DNA of 49,715 bases from assembly GCA_041288095.1 (NCBI GenBank), contig JBGGMJ010000086.1, positions 1 through 49,715 on the forward strand, read 5' to 3'. Position numbers and translations under genes: made by a program. The notes under the pieces were generated by a model. It had not been told where the DNA came from. It saw nothing but the letters and a program-made list of their open reading frames with translations, and ran no database searches. The stretch is from Myxococcota bacterium (lineage in GTDB: Bacteria > Myxococcota > XYA12-FULL-58-9 > JALHOP01). Below, piece after piece: positions 27,736 through 36,628 of this stretch (the first letter of the stretch is position 1; each line of letters begins with the position of its first letter).

Positions 27736-29265
27736 ATGCGTAAAGACGAAGGCGCCTCGCCGAAGAAGGGCCGTACCCCCGCGGGCGACACGTTCGCAGC
27801 CATCGACCTGGGCTCGAACAGCTTCCACATGATCATCGCACGGCAGCAGCAGGGTCAGCTGTCGATGCTCGATCGCATGCGTGAATCGGTGCGGCTCGCC
27901 GCCGGCCTCGACGACGACAAGAAGCTGACGCCCGAGGCCCAGGCGCGCGCTCTCGACTGCCTCGAGCGCTTCGGTGAGCGCATCAAGAACCTCGAGCACA
28001 GCCACGTCCGCGCGGTCGGCACCAGCGCTCTGCGCCAGGCCCGCAACGGCCGCTCCTTCCTCGCCAAGGCCGCCAAGGCCCTCGGGCACCCCATCGAAGT
28101 CATCAGCGGCCACGAGGAAGCGCGCCTCATCTACCTGGGCGTCGCGTCCGATTTCGCGGACGAACACGAGCGCCGGCTCGCCATCGATATCGGCGGCGGT
28201 AGCACCGAGTGCATCATCGGCGAAGGCTCGGACATCGTTCAGGCCGATAGCCTCCACATGGGTTGCGTGTCGTTCACCATGAAGTTCTTCAGTGACGGCA
28301 AGATCAAGCGTGACCTCATCAAGGAAGCGATGATCGCCGCCGCGCTCGAATTCCGCTCGATCAAGCGCCGCTACAAGAGCATCGGCTGGGAAGTCTCCGT
28401 CGGCAGCTCCGGGACCATCCTGGCGGTCGAGCAAGTGTTGCGCGCCAACGGCTGGAGCAAGGACGGCATCACGCGCAAAGGCCTAGAGAAGCTGCAAAAG
28501 GTGCTGCTCGACACCGGCCGCATCAGCAAGATCAACATCGAGGGGCTCGAGCCCGATCGCGCGCCTGTGATCATCGGCGGCCTCGTCATCTTGATGACCG
28601 CCTTCGACCAGTTCGGCCTGAAGACGATGCGCGTGGCGACCGGAGCGCTTCGTGAAGGCGCGCTCTACGACATGATCGGCCGCTTCAAGCACGAAGACGC
28701 GCGCGATCGAACGGTCAATTTCCTCATGCACCGCTACGCCATCGACCGCGAGCAAGCCTCCCGTGTCGAGCGCTCGGCAATGGGCTTCTTGCGGCAGGTC
28801 ACCGGCGCCTGGGAGCTCAACAACACGCCGGCAAAGCAGTTCCTCGCGTGGGCCTCGCGCCTGCACGAGATCGGCCTGTCGATCGCGTACAGCGGCTACC
28901 ACAAGCACGGCGGCTACCTGCTTACCTTCACCGACATGCCCGGCTTCTCGCGTGAGGAGCAGCAAGCTCTCGCAACGCTCGTGCGAACCCATCGTCGCAG
29001 GATCAGCGATGAGCTCTTCGAGCCGCTGTCGCCCGAATACGCCACCATGGTGAAGCGTCTGTCGGTGCTCATGCGCCTCGCGGTGCGCTTGAACCGCAGC
29101 CGATCGCCAAAATCCCTGCCGGACATCATGGTGACCGCGCACGGCAACAAGGTCGAGCTCAAGTTCCCGAAAGGTTGGCTCGCCGATCATCCCATGACGC
29201 GCACCGAGCTCCAGCACGAAGAAGAACGCTTGGCTTTCGTCAAAGTGAAGCTGGCCTACCACTGA
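27736..29265 (+). CDS. ppx: Exopolyphosphatase Ppx (Ppx/GppA family, with C-terminal HD-like domain)
   Basis: AAIDLGSNSFHM, ISGHEEARLIYLG, DIGGGSTE, GSSGT, GALREG, LHEIG, YHKHG. Confidence 0.93.
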   Translation: MRKDEGASPKKGRTPAGDTFAAIDLGSNSFHMIIARQQQGQLSMLDRMRESVRLAAGLDDDKKLTPEAQARALDCLERFGERIKNLEHSHVRAVGTSALRQARNGRSFLAKAAKALGHPIEVISGHEEARLIYLGVASDFADEHERRLAIDIGGGSTECIIGEGSDIVQADSLHMGCVSFTMKFFSDGKIKRDLIKEAMIAAALEFRSIKRRYKSIGWEVSVGSSGTILAVEQVLRANGWSKDGITRKGLEKLQKVLLDTGRISKINIEGLEPDRAPVIIGGLVILMTAFDQFGLKTMRVATGALREGALYDMIGRFKHEDARDRTVNFLMHRYAIDREQASRVERSAMGFLRQVTGAWELNNTPAKQFLAWASRLHEIGLSIAYSGYHKHGGYLLTFTDMPGFSREEQQALATLVRTHRRRISDELFEPLSPEYATMVKRLSVLMRLAVRLNRSRSPKSLPDIMVTAHGNKVELKFPKGWLADHPMTRTELQHEEERLAFVKVKLAYH

Positions 29266-30533
29266 GCACGCCCGGCCCTACCCCTCGCGGTGTCGCGCTC
29301 TATCGCTTCGTCATCGTCGCGGTCGTGCTCGGTGGCGTACTGGGTTGGCTCGCGCCGGCTGCCGGCGACTACGTGAAGCCGCTGGGTGACTTCTTCATCC
29401 GCCTCGTGAAGATGCTCATCAGCCCCATCGTGTTCACGACGGTCACGCTCGGTGTCGCCAGCATGGGCGATGTCCGCCGTGTCGGACGAGTCGGCGTCAA
29501 AGCGCTAATCTGGTTCGAAGCAATGACCACCGTGGCGCTGGTGCTCGGGCTCGTCGTCGCACGTGTCGTGAGACCCGGAGCCGGCATGCACATCGAGCCG
29601 GCGATGCTCAGCGCCGCGGGTCTCCCGGGAGACGCGGGCGCCGCGAAGTCGGCGAGCGAGCATTTCCTCAGCATCGTGCCCGACAGCCTGCTCGGCGCGC
29701 TCGTGCAGGGAAACGTGGCGCAGGTCGTATTCGTGGCGCTGCTCGCCGGCGTCGCTCTGGCAACGATGGGTGAGCGCGCGCGCCCCATCATCCGCGTGCT
29801 CGAGAGCTTCGGCGCCTTCCTTTTTTCGGTCATGGGGGTCGTGATGCTCGCCGCGCCAATCGGCGCGTTCGGTGCCATGGCGCACACCATCGGGAAACAC
29901 GGGCTCGCGACGATCGGCAACCTCTTCGCCGTCATGCTGACCTTCTATGCCACGGCGCTCTGCTTCGTGCTCGTCGTGCTCGGCGCGGTGCTCCGGGCCT
30001 TGGGGCTATCGATCTTCAAGGTGCTCGGTCTCATCCGCGAAGAGCTCGTGCTCGTACTCGGCACGTCATCCTCCGAGTCCGCTCTGCCGTCCCTCATGGC
30101 AAAGCTCGAGAACGTCGGCATCCAGCCGGCTGTCGTCCGCCTGGTCATCCCCACCGGCTACTCGTTCAACCTCGACGGGACCTGCATCTACCTCACGATG
30201 GCGACGTCGTTCGTGGCGCAGGCGCTCGACATTCCCCTCTCGATTGGCGACGAGCTCGCCATCCTCGGCGTGCTCTTGTTGACCTCGAAGGGCGCCGCGG
30301 GAGTCACCGGCAGTGGCTTCGTTACCTTGGCCGCGACCCTCTCGTCCGTTGGCCATATCCCGGTCGCCGGCTTGTCGCTGCTCCTCGGCATCGATCGCTT
30401 CATGTCCGAAGCACGCGCGCTCACGAACATCGTCGGTAATACCGTAGCCACCATCGTCGTGGCGCGCTGGGAGAAAGCCGTCGATCCGGCCGTCATGGCG
30501 GACAAGCTAGGTGTCGGGCGACGGCCTTCTTAA
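29262..30533 (+). CDS. dctA: C4-dicarboxylate:cation symporter DctA (DAACS family); start codon uncertain
   Basis: FIRLVKMLISPIVF, APIGAFGAMA, LGTSSSES, VIPTGYSFNLDGT, LTSKGAAGVTGSGF, GIDRFMSEARALTN. Confidence 0.9.
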   Translation: MSTPGPTPRGVALYRFVIVAVVLGGVLGWLAPAAGDYVKPLGDFFIRLVKMLISPIVFTTVTLGVASMGDVRRVGRVGVKALIWFEAMTTVALVLGLVVARVVRPGAGMHIEPAMLSAAGLPGDAGAAKSASEHFLSIVPDSLLGALVQGNVAQVVFVALLAGVALATMGERARPIIRVLESFGAFLFSVMGVVMLAAPIGAFGAMAHTIGKHGLATIGNLFAVMLTFYATALCFVLVVLGAVLRALGLSIFKVLGLIREELVLVLGTSSSESALPSLMAKLENVGIQPAVVRLVIPTGYSFNLDGTCIYLTMATSFVAQALDIPLSIGDELAILGVLLLTSKGAAGVTGSGFVTLAATLSSVGHIPVAGLSLLLGIDRFMSEARALTNIVGNTVATIVVARWEKAVDPAVMADKLGVGRRPS

Positions 30534-33364
30534 GGGCACGCCGCGCCGATGCGGTCCGCGCCCGCATCAAGGCCCTGGACGTCGCGCTGCTCACCGTCGA
30601 TGTCGACCCCGAAGGTGGTGTTGATCACTTCGGCGGCTCCGCGCTGTGGCCCGCCAGGATCACCGTGAATACCGTCGGGACAATAGAGCGCGGAAATCGC
30701 GGCGTTGCCGGTACCGGGTACGTCCGCTAACGCGTACGCTGTCATGGTCGACGGGAGCAGGATGGCCGTGGAGTCGCTCACCGTCGCGCACACGAAAGGT
30801 GCCTCATCGGCGACGATCTCGCTGGCGTAGAGATTCCCATCCACCCTGCCGACATCCGGCAGGGTATCGCCCAAAGGGGTGCTGTGACGCACGATCGCGG
30901 GCCGCTCCGAGATGTCGAGGGAGCTGAAGACGCTGACCGCGTTGCCGAGGATCTCGTTCTCGAAGGCATCGGCGTGCATCACGTAGACGCCGATGGCGTA
31001 GGGCGACGTGCACGTGGCATCGCACCCCGCCAAGCGCATGGAGTTCAGCGCCACCGTCGCCTGCGTGGCTTGCAGCAGGACGCCGACGTTCTTGAACCCG
31101 CTCTTGGCGGCGATGAAATTGTCGTCGATGATAGGATCAGAATTTTCGCTGCGTCCGCGAATACGAACACCGATCTGTTTTCGGTTGGCCTGGTCGAGGA
31201 TGATGCGGTTGCCGCTGATCACGAGCTTCACCGAGGCGCGATCGACCTCGGTCGGTAGCAAGCCGCCGTCATGAATACCCACGTGGGTCGAGTCGTTCAC
31301 GCCGCTGATGCTGGGCGCGCTGCTGACGAACAGATTGAGGTCCCTTATCTCGATGTCTTCGCCGCTGGTCGTGAGGACGCCGTAGGTGGTTGCCGGCCCG
31401 CTCGCGCCGCAGCGCATCGAGCCACTGCCACGCCCACCATAGACGCGCGCCGTACGGGTATCCACCAACAGGATGCACGCCGCAGTGGCGAAAAGGTCAC
31501 CTTGTACCTCGGTGAGCACGTCGACGTTGCTCACGGTGACGTTCTCCGAGCCGACGCGTAACGGAACGCCGTCGACAATCCCGTCGCCGTCCGCGATGCC
31601 CGCGATACCGACCTCGGCGCGCAGCCCGCTCACCTCGACGGAGCTGTTGAGGATGGTGACGTTCTGGCTGGTCAGGAGACGAATGCCGGCGACGTTCTGC
31701 AGCATCGAGAGCGTGTGCGACAAACCGGTCACGCGAATGATGTTGCCGTGGAGGACGACGTTGTTGCTGCGGACGAGGTTCACACCCCCCGCCTGAGTGA
31801 TCTCGTTGCCGACGACGTGAACATCGACTTGGGTGCGCGTGACGGTCAGCTCTCCCGAGCCGGCGGCGGCCGAGGTCGCTTCATCGAAGTTGTCACTGAT
31901 GCCGACGGCGAACGCTTGGATGCCGTCGCGGAAGCGTCGCGTCGTCGCGTCGATGACGAGGTCGTCGAGGCTCGCGCTGTCGACGGCGCTCGTGAGCACG
32001 GCCCAGGCTTGTTGGCCGTCCACGGTGACTGACGTGCCGGTCACGGCCACGTCGTCGGTACCCAAGGCGTCGATGCCGAATACTTGATCGGCTCCGGTGA
32101 CGGCGATGGTCGAGTTACCGATCGTGAGGGTCCGCGAGCTCCCACAGACCACTTCGGAGCCCGAGCACGCCTCGAGCGATACCGTGTCCCGGTTGCCGTC
32201 GAGGATGCCGAATCCTTGTGAGGTGGCCGCGAGCGGCGGCTGAACATCGAGCGTCGCGTCGGAGATGGTCACGTCGCCCGCGCTCAGCGTGCGGACAGCG
32301 ACCGAGTTGAGGGCGCGCTCGTGGATGGTCACTCCGGCGAGGCTCACCTCGATGTTGCCAACCACGAGGACGCCAATCGAGGTGAGTGCGTTCGCCGAGC
32401 CGAAAATGGTGAGCCCTTCGGCGGCGAGGTGCTGCGCGGAGTCGCTGGTGGCGCGTAGCTCGACGCTCGCGTACGTGAGCCCAGCGGCGTCGTTGGCGGT
32501 GGGAATGGTGATGACAGACGAGGCGCCGAGCGTCACTGACTGAAGCTCGACGGACGAGTCACTCGCGGTCACCAAACTGCAGGCGGCCCGGCAAGCTCCG
32601 TTCCGGCGGACAATGAGATCCTTGAGCTCGAGAGTCACCCCGCCGCTGACCACGAGCTCGGCGTCGGCCGTCGTGAAGAGGGCCTGGCGGAGCTCCAGCG
32701 TCGACCGCCCGCCACCGGCGTGGGTCCAGTCGGAAGTAGCAACGGTGTAACCGCCGCGTATACGCACCGGGAAATCGAGCGCGGCCGGGCCAACCAAGGC
32801 GTGCAGGCCGACCTCGAGAGAGACCTCGGCGAGATGGTAAGCCTTCGCCGCGATCAGAGCCTGATCCACCGAGCAAAACGGTGTCGAGGATGTGCCTTGC
32901 GCGAGCTCACTCGCGGGATCGAACGTCGGGACACATTGAACCGAGCCGATGGTAACGTGCCCTCCGACATTGCGGACGATGAGCGTCGCCGAAGCGGACG
33001 CCGCAAGGCCGCGCCCGTCGCTGACGGTCAGGCTAACGTCACAGGTCGAGCCTATGGTCAGGTTGTCGAGGCGCAGCTCTTGGCTCGTGAGGTCCGAAAT
33101 GACCGCCGTGTCGCAAGGCGCGCTCGCGGTCCAAACGAAGGAGAGCACGTCCCCGTCCGGGTCGCTGGACTCGTGCGCCGAGATCAACACCTCGCCGGCG
33201 CTACCGACGCGCAGGGCGCCGTCAGCGACATCGCTGATCACCGCGCTCGGCGCGTGATTGACGCACACGTCTCCATCGCAGGTGTCGCCCGCGTCGTAGG
33301 TGCACGCCCCGATGACGACCGTCGCCGCGGTAAGGAGGACCGCGTGACGGCAAATGACACTCAC
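30530..33364 (-). CDS. Large surface lipoprotein: PKD/Ig-like domain plus right-handed beta-helix
   Basis: Lipobox VIGAC; NHAPSA..SSDPDGD..LTVSDG; GTSSTPFCSVDQAL; repeated ISGNRI/IDDNFI/ILGNAV strands; C-terminal DIDGEQR...DAGAD. Confidence 0.72.
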   Translation of the reverse strand: MSVICRHAVLLTAATVVIGACTYDAGDTCDGDVCVNHAPSAVISDVADGALRVGSAGEVLISAHESSDPDGDVLSFVWTASAPCDTAVISDLTSQELRLDNLTIGSTCDVSLTVSDGRGLAASASATLIVRNVGGHVTIGSVQCVPTFDPASELAQGTSSTPFCSVDQALIAAKAYHLAEVSLEVGLHALVGPAALDFPVRIRGGYTVATSDWTHAGGGRSTLELRQALFTTADAELVVSGGVTLELKDLIVRRNGACRAACSLVTASDSSVELQSVTLGASSVITIPTANDAAGLTYASVELRATSDSAQHLAAEGLTIFGSANALTSIGVLVVGNIEVSLAGVTIHERALNSVAVRTLSAGDVTISDATLDVQPPLAATSQGFGILDGNRDTVSLEACSGSEVVCGSSRTLTIGNSTIAVTGADQVFGIDALGTDDVAVTGTSVTVDGQQAWAVLTSAVDSASLDDLVIDATTRRFRDGIQAFAVGISDNFDEATSAAAGSGELTVTRTQVDVHVVGNEITQAGGVNLVRSNNVVLHGNIIRVTGLSHTLSMLQNVAGIRLLTSQNVTILNSSVEVSGLRAEVGIAGIADGDGIVDGVPLRVGSENVTVSNVDVLTEVQGDLFATAACILLVDTRTARVYGGRGSGSMRCGASGPATTYGVLTTSGEDIEIRDLNLFVSSAPSISGVNDSTHVGIHDGGLLPTEVDRASVKLVISGNRIILDQANRKQIGVRIRGRSENSDPIIDDNFIAAKSGFKNVGVLLQATQATVALNSMRLAGCDATCTSPYAIGVYVMHADAFENEILGNAVSVFSSLDISERPAIVRHSTPLGDTLPDVGRVDGNLYASEIVADEAPFVCATVSDSTAILLPSTMTAYALADVPGTGNAAISALYCPDGIHGDPGGPQRGAAEVINTTFGVDIDGEQRDVQGLDAGADRIGAACP

Positions 33365-33428
33365 GCCAAAAAGAGTGCCGCAGCTCCGCCAAAAGCGCCA
33401 ATAAGCCGCAAGCGCTACCGCGTCAGAC

Positions 33429-35690
33429 CTACATGAGGTCGCGGTGTCGGTGCTTCTTCTTCTTCGACTTGCCGTTGGCTCCGTCCGCGTCAGCGGGCGC
33501 TTGCTTCTCGGAAAGCGCAGCCAGGAGCTGGGCTTGCGAGGTTCGGCCTTTGCCGCCACCGGTGGAGCGGACGTAGGTGGCGTTGGGCTGTAGCACCCAC
33601 GCCTGCGTGTTGTCCTCGAGCGATCCACCGATCGCCTCCGCATAGACCCGCTGCTTCAGCACCGGGTCTTCGATGGGGAAGGCGACTTCGACGCGGCGGA
33701 AGAAGTTCCGATTCATCCAGTCGGCGCTCGAGCAATAGATCACTTCGGCGCCGTTGGCGTGGAAGTAGTAAACGCGGCTGTGCTCGAGGAAGCGACCGAT
33801 GATCGAGCGCACCTGGATGTTCTCCGAGACGCCAGGGACCCCTGGGCGTAGACCACAGACGCCGCGAACCAAGAGATCCACCGAAACGCCGGCCTGCGAC
33901 GCCTTGTAGAGGGCCGCGATGATGCCGGGCTCGGAGAGTGAGTTGAGCTTGGCGGCGATGCGCGCCGGCCTGCCCGCTTTGGCGTGCTCGATCTCCTCCT
34001 CGATGAGCTCCATCAGACGGCTCTGCAAGGTGAACGGCGACTGCAACAGCTTCTTGAGCTTGGTGACACGGCCCAAGCCTGTGAGCTGGAGGAAGATCTT
34101 GTGGACGTCCTCGCCGATCTCGCGCGAGGCCGTCATGTAGCCGAAGTCGGTGTACGCTCTAGCGGTCTTGACGTGATAGTTGCCGGTACCGAGGTGGGTG
34201 TAATAGCGGAGGCCTTTGCCCTCGCGCCGCACGATGTGCAGCATCTTGGCGTGCGCTTTGTAACCGACGATGCCGTAGAGCACGTTGGCGCCGGCGTTTT
34301 GCAATCGCGTGGCGAGATCGATGTTGGCGGCCTCGTCGAAGCGAGCGCGCAGCTCGACGATGGCGGTCACTTCCTTGCCGGCTTGCGCGCAATCGATGAG
34401 CGCGTTGACGATCGGTGAGTCGTTGCCCGTACGGTAGAGCGTCTGCTTGATGGCGAGGACCTCGGGGTCCTTGGCCGACTGGCGCAACAGCTCGAGCACC
34501 GGCGCGAACGACTCGTAGGGATGATGCAGGAGCACGTCACCGCGGCGCAGCGTCTCGAACATGTCGGTGCTGTACGAGAGCGCGCGAGGAGTCGACGGCA
34601 CGAACGGTGGGTACTTGAGGTCGGCCCGATCGATGAGGTCGTAGATGCGCGCCAAGCGCGACACGTTCACCGGACCGTTCACCTGATAGACGTCTTCGGC
34701 CTTGAGGTCGAACTGCTCCTGCAAGAAGGTCCGGATCTCGGGCGGGCAGTTGTCAGCGACTTCGAGGCGAACCGAGTCACCCCAGTTGCGACGGGTGAGC
34801 TCGCCTTCGAGCGCGTGCAAGATGTCGTCGACTTCTTCTTCTTCGACCCAGAGCTCGCTGTTGCGGGTGAGCCGGAACTGGTAGCAGCCCGTCACCTTCA
34901 TGCCGGGGAAGAGCTCGTGCACGTTCTCGTGGATGATCGACGAGAGCAGCGCGAAGTCGTAAGGGCCGCGGGCGATCTCGGGTGGCAGGCGAACGACGCG
35001 TGGCAACGAGCGGGGCGCTTGCACGACGGCGTAGTCGCAGTCGCGGCCAAACGCATCGACGCCTTCGACGGTCACCGCGAAGTTCAGCGACTTGTTCAAG
35101 ACGCGCGGGAACGGGTGCGCGGGATCGAGACCGACCGGTGTCAGCACCGGCATGACCTCGCGCAGGAAGTGCGCGCGCAGCCAATCCATGCGCGGCCCTT
35201 CGTTGAACGACTCACGCCGGGACACGAAGATGCCTTCGCGCTCGAGCGCCGGCAGCAGGTCTTCGTTCAGCACGCGGTACTGCAGCTCGACGAGCTCGTG
35301 CGCGACTTCGCTGATGCGCTTGCCGATCTCGAGGGGTGAGAGTTGATCGGGAGACGGCGTCGCGACGTTGTAGCGTTGCTGCTCCTTCACGCCGGCGACA
35401 CGGATCTCGAAGAACTCATCGAGGTTCGAGCTGCAGATCGTCAGAAATCGGAGCCGCTCGAGCAGCGGGACCGTGGGGTCCTGCGCCTGAGCCAAGACGC
35501 GGCGGTTGAACTCGAGGAGCGAGAGCTCACGGTTGATGTAGAGCTCGGCGCTGGCCGCGCTGATGTCCACCGCCTGCGCCTGAGGTGTCGGCTGTCTGGC
35601 CCGTAAGACTTGGGCCTTGGCGGCGTCTACAGCAGCGGCCGTCGGCGTTGCCGGCGTCTCGGTCGGTGCTGGGTGCTCCATCGCGGTCAT
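33429..35690 (-). CDS. ppk1: Polyphosphate kinase 1
   Basis: YINRELSLLEFNRRVL, SNLDEFFEIRVAG, HPFPRV, LLHHPYESF, KQTLYR, ELRARFDE, HAK, GTGNY, GRFLEHSR, SADWMNRN. Confidence 0.97.
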   Translation of the reverse strand: MTAMEHPAPTETPATPTAAAVDAAKAQVLRARQPTPQAQAVDISAASAELYINRELSLLEFNRRVLAQAQDPTVPLLERLRFLTICSSNLDEFFEIRVAGVKEQQRYNVATPSPDQLSPLEIGKRISEVAHELVELQYRVLNEDLLPALEREGIFVSRRESFNEGPRMDWLRAHFLREVMPVLTPVGLDPAHPFPRVLNKSLNFAVTVEGVDAFGRDCDYAVVQAPRSLPRVVRLPPEIARGPYDFALLSSIIHENVHELFPGMKVTGCYQFRLTRNSELWVEEEEVDDILHALEGELTRRNWGDSVRLEVADNCPPEIRTFLQEQFDLKAEDVYQVNGPVNVSRLARIYDLIDRADLKYPPFVPSTPRALSYSTDMFETLRRGDVLLHHPYESFAPVLELLRQSAKDPEVLAIKQTLYRTGNDSPIVNALIDCAQAGKEVTAIVELRARFDEAANIDLATRLQNAGANVLYGIVGYKAHAKMLHIVRREGKGLRYYTHLGTGNYHVKTARAYTDFGYMTASREIGEDVHKIFLQLTGLGRVTKLKKLLQSPFTLQSRLMELIEEEIEHAKAGRPARIAAKLNSLSEPGIIAALYKASQAGVSVDLLVRGVCGLRPGVPGVSENIQVRSIIGRFLEHSRVYYFHANGAEVIYCSSADWMNRNFFRRVEVAFPIEDPVLKQRVYAEAIGGSLEDNTQAWVLQPNATYVRSTGGGKGRTSQAQLLAALSEKQAPADADGANGKSKKKKHRHRDLM

Positions 35691-35797
35691 CAGGCAAAGC
35701 CTTCTAGCGTGCGGGACTCAAGCTGTCACGTCCGGCCCATTTTCACCGGCATCCACGGCCAGAACACAAATTTTCGCGTTTTTAGAGTGACGATGTC

Positions 35798-35823
35798 GAA
35801 ACCCAGAGGTGTTGAACGTCGTT
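35798..35823 (+). promoter_or_regulatory. Candidate ECF sigma promoter GAAAC-N17-CGTT
   Basis: Matches the generic ECF AAC-N16/17-CGT pattern; overlapped by palindrome TGAAC-GTC-GTTCA. Confidence 0.4.
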
Positions 35824-35867
35824 CAGTTGAGGGAGCGACGGACGTGACCTCGAAAGGACAATGTGTC

Positions 35868-36008
35868 ATGAACGCTAATGTTTTCGCGCCCTTGGGTGGT
35901 TATGGCGAGGCGTCGTTGGACGAGATTCGGCTGCTGACTTTGAGCGATGCGCTCAGCGGCCGAAGGGGGTTCTTGGTGCGGTTCCTAATGAAGCTTTTCG
36001 TGGCCTAA
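35868..36008 (+). CDS. Candidate 46-aa small protein
   Basis: AAAGGA RBS 9 nt before ATG; MNANVFAPLGGYGEASLDEIRLLTLSDALSGRRGFLVRFLMKLFVA fills an otherwise empty intergenic region. Confidence 0.5.
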   Translation: MNANVFAPLGGYGEASLDEIRLLTLSDALSGRRGFLVRFLMKLFVA

Positions 36009-36025
36009 CCCTGTAGGCAACCATG

Positions 36026-36550
36026 TCAGCAATTGCCGCAAGCAAAGCCGTCATTGCAGATCTCACGGTCGAGACTGCTCGGGCACAGCACGTTGCAGCT
36101 GCCGACGTCTTCGCAGCGCACACGGCATGGACCGGTGCAGGTCACGTTGCAGGTGGAGCCTTCGGCGCAGGTGACCGAGCTGCTGGCACCGACGACCACC
36201 GCGCAGGTAGCCGCGTTGGCGCAGCTATAGACACAGTTCTCGCCGCACTCGGCGTCGCAGAGTTGGGTCTCACGGCACGCGAGCAGACAGTCGCCGCCGC
36301 AGGTCATGTTGCAGGTAGGACCGTTGTTGCAGGTGAGATCACAAGCGTCGTCACACGTGAGATTGCAGGTGCCGGCGAAGTCCTGGCACGTCGAGATGCA
36401 CGCGTCATCGTCCGCGCACGGGATGGTGCAGTTGGTGCCGCCCCGGCAAACACATTCGTCACCGTCGCACACGACTGAGCTGTCTTCCGGCTCGTCCCCA
36501 CTACAAGCGACGAACAGACACATGACCGCGATAGCGTAGGGTTTATTCAC
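36026..36550 (-). CDS. Cysteine-rich repeat lipoprotein
   Basis: GTG start, lipobox FVAC, 30 further Cys in an 18-aa periodic pattern. Confidence 0.8.
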   Translation of the reverse strand: MNKPYAIAVMCLFVACSGDEPEDSSVVCDGDECVCRGGTNCTIPCADDDACISTCQDFAGTCNLTCDDACDLTCNNGPTCNMTCGGDCLLACRETQLCDAECGENCVYSCANAATCAVVVGASSSVTCAEGSTCNVTCTGPCRVRCEDVGSCNVLCPSSLDREICNDGFACGNC

Positions 36551-36628
36551 GTCCGTAGGTCTAACCTCGAGAATTGACCAAAGCAACACCGCCGTGCCAT
36601 CTGCGCGTGGCCCTCTGGAAGTCCCGCA

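Noticed and set aside
35723..35740. CTGTCAC-N4-GGCCCAT as a pho box near ppk1
   Set aside because: Second half site is poor and the orientation points away from ppk1.
35813..35825. TGAAC-GTC-GTTCA as a LexA box
   Set aside because: Spacer is 3 bp rather than the 4 bp of GAAC-N4-GTTC-type boxes; kept only as an unassigned palindrome.
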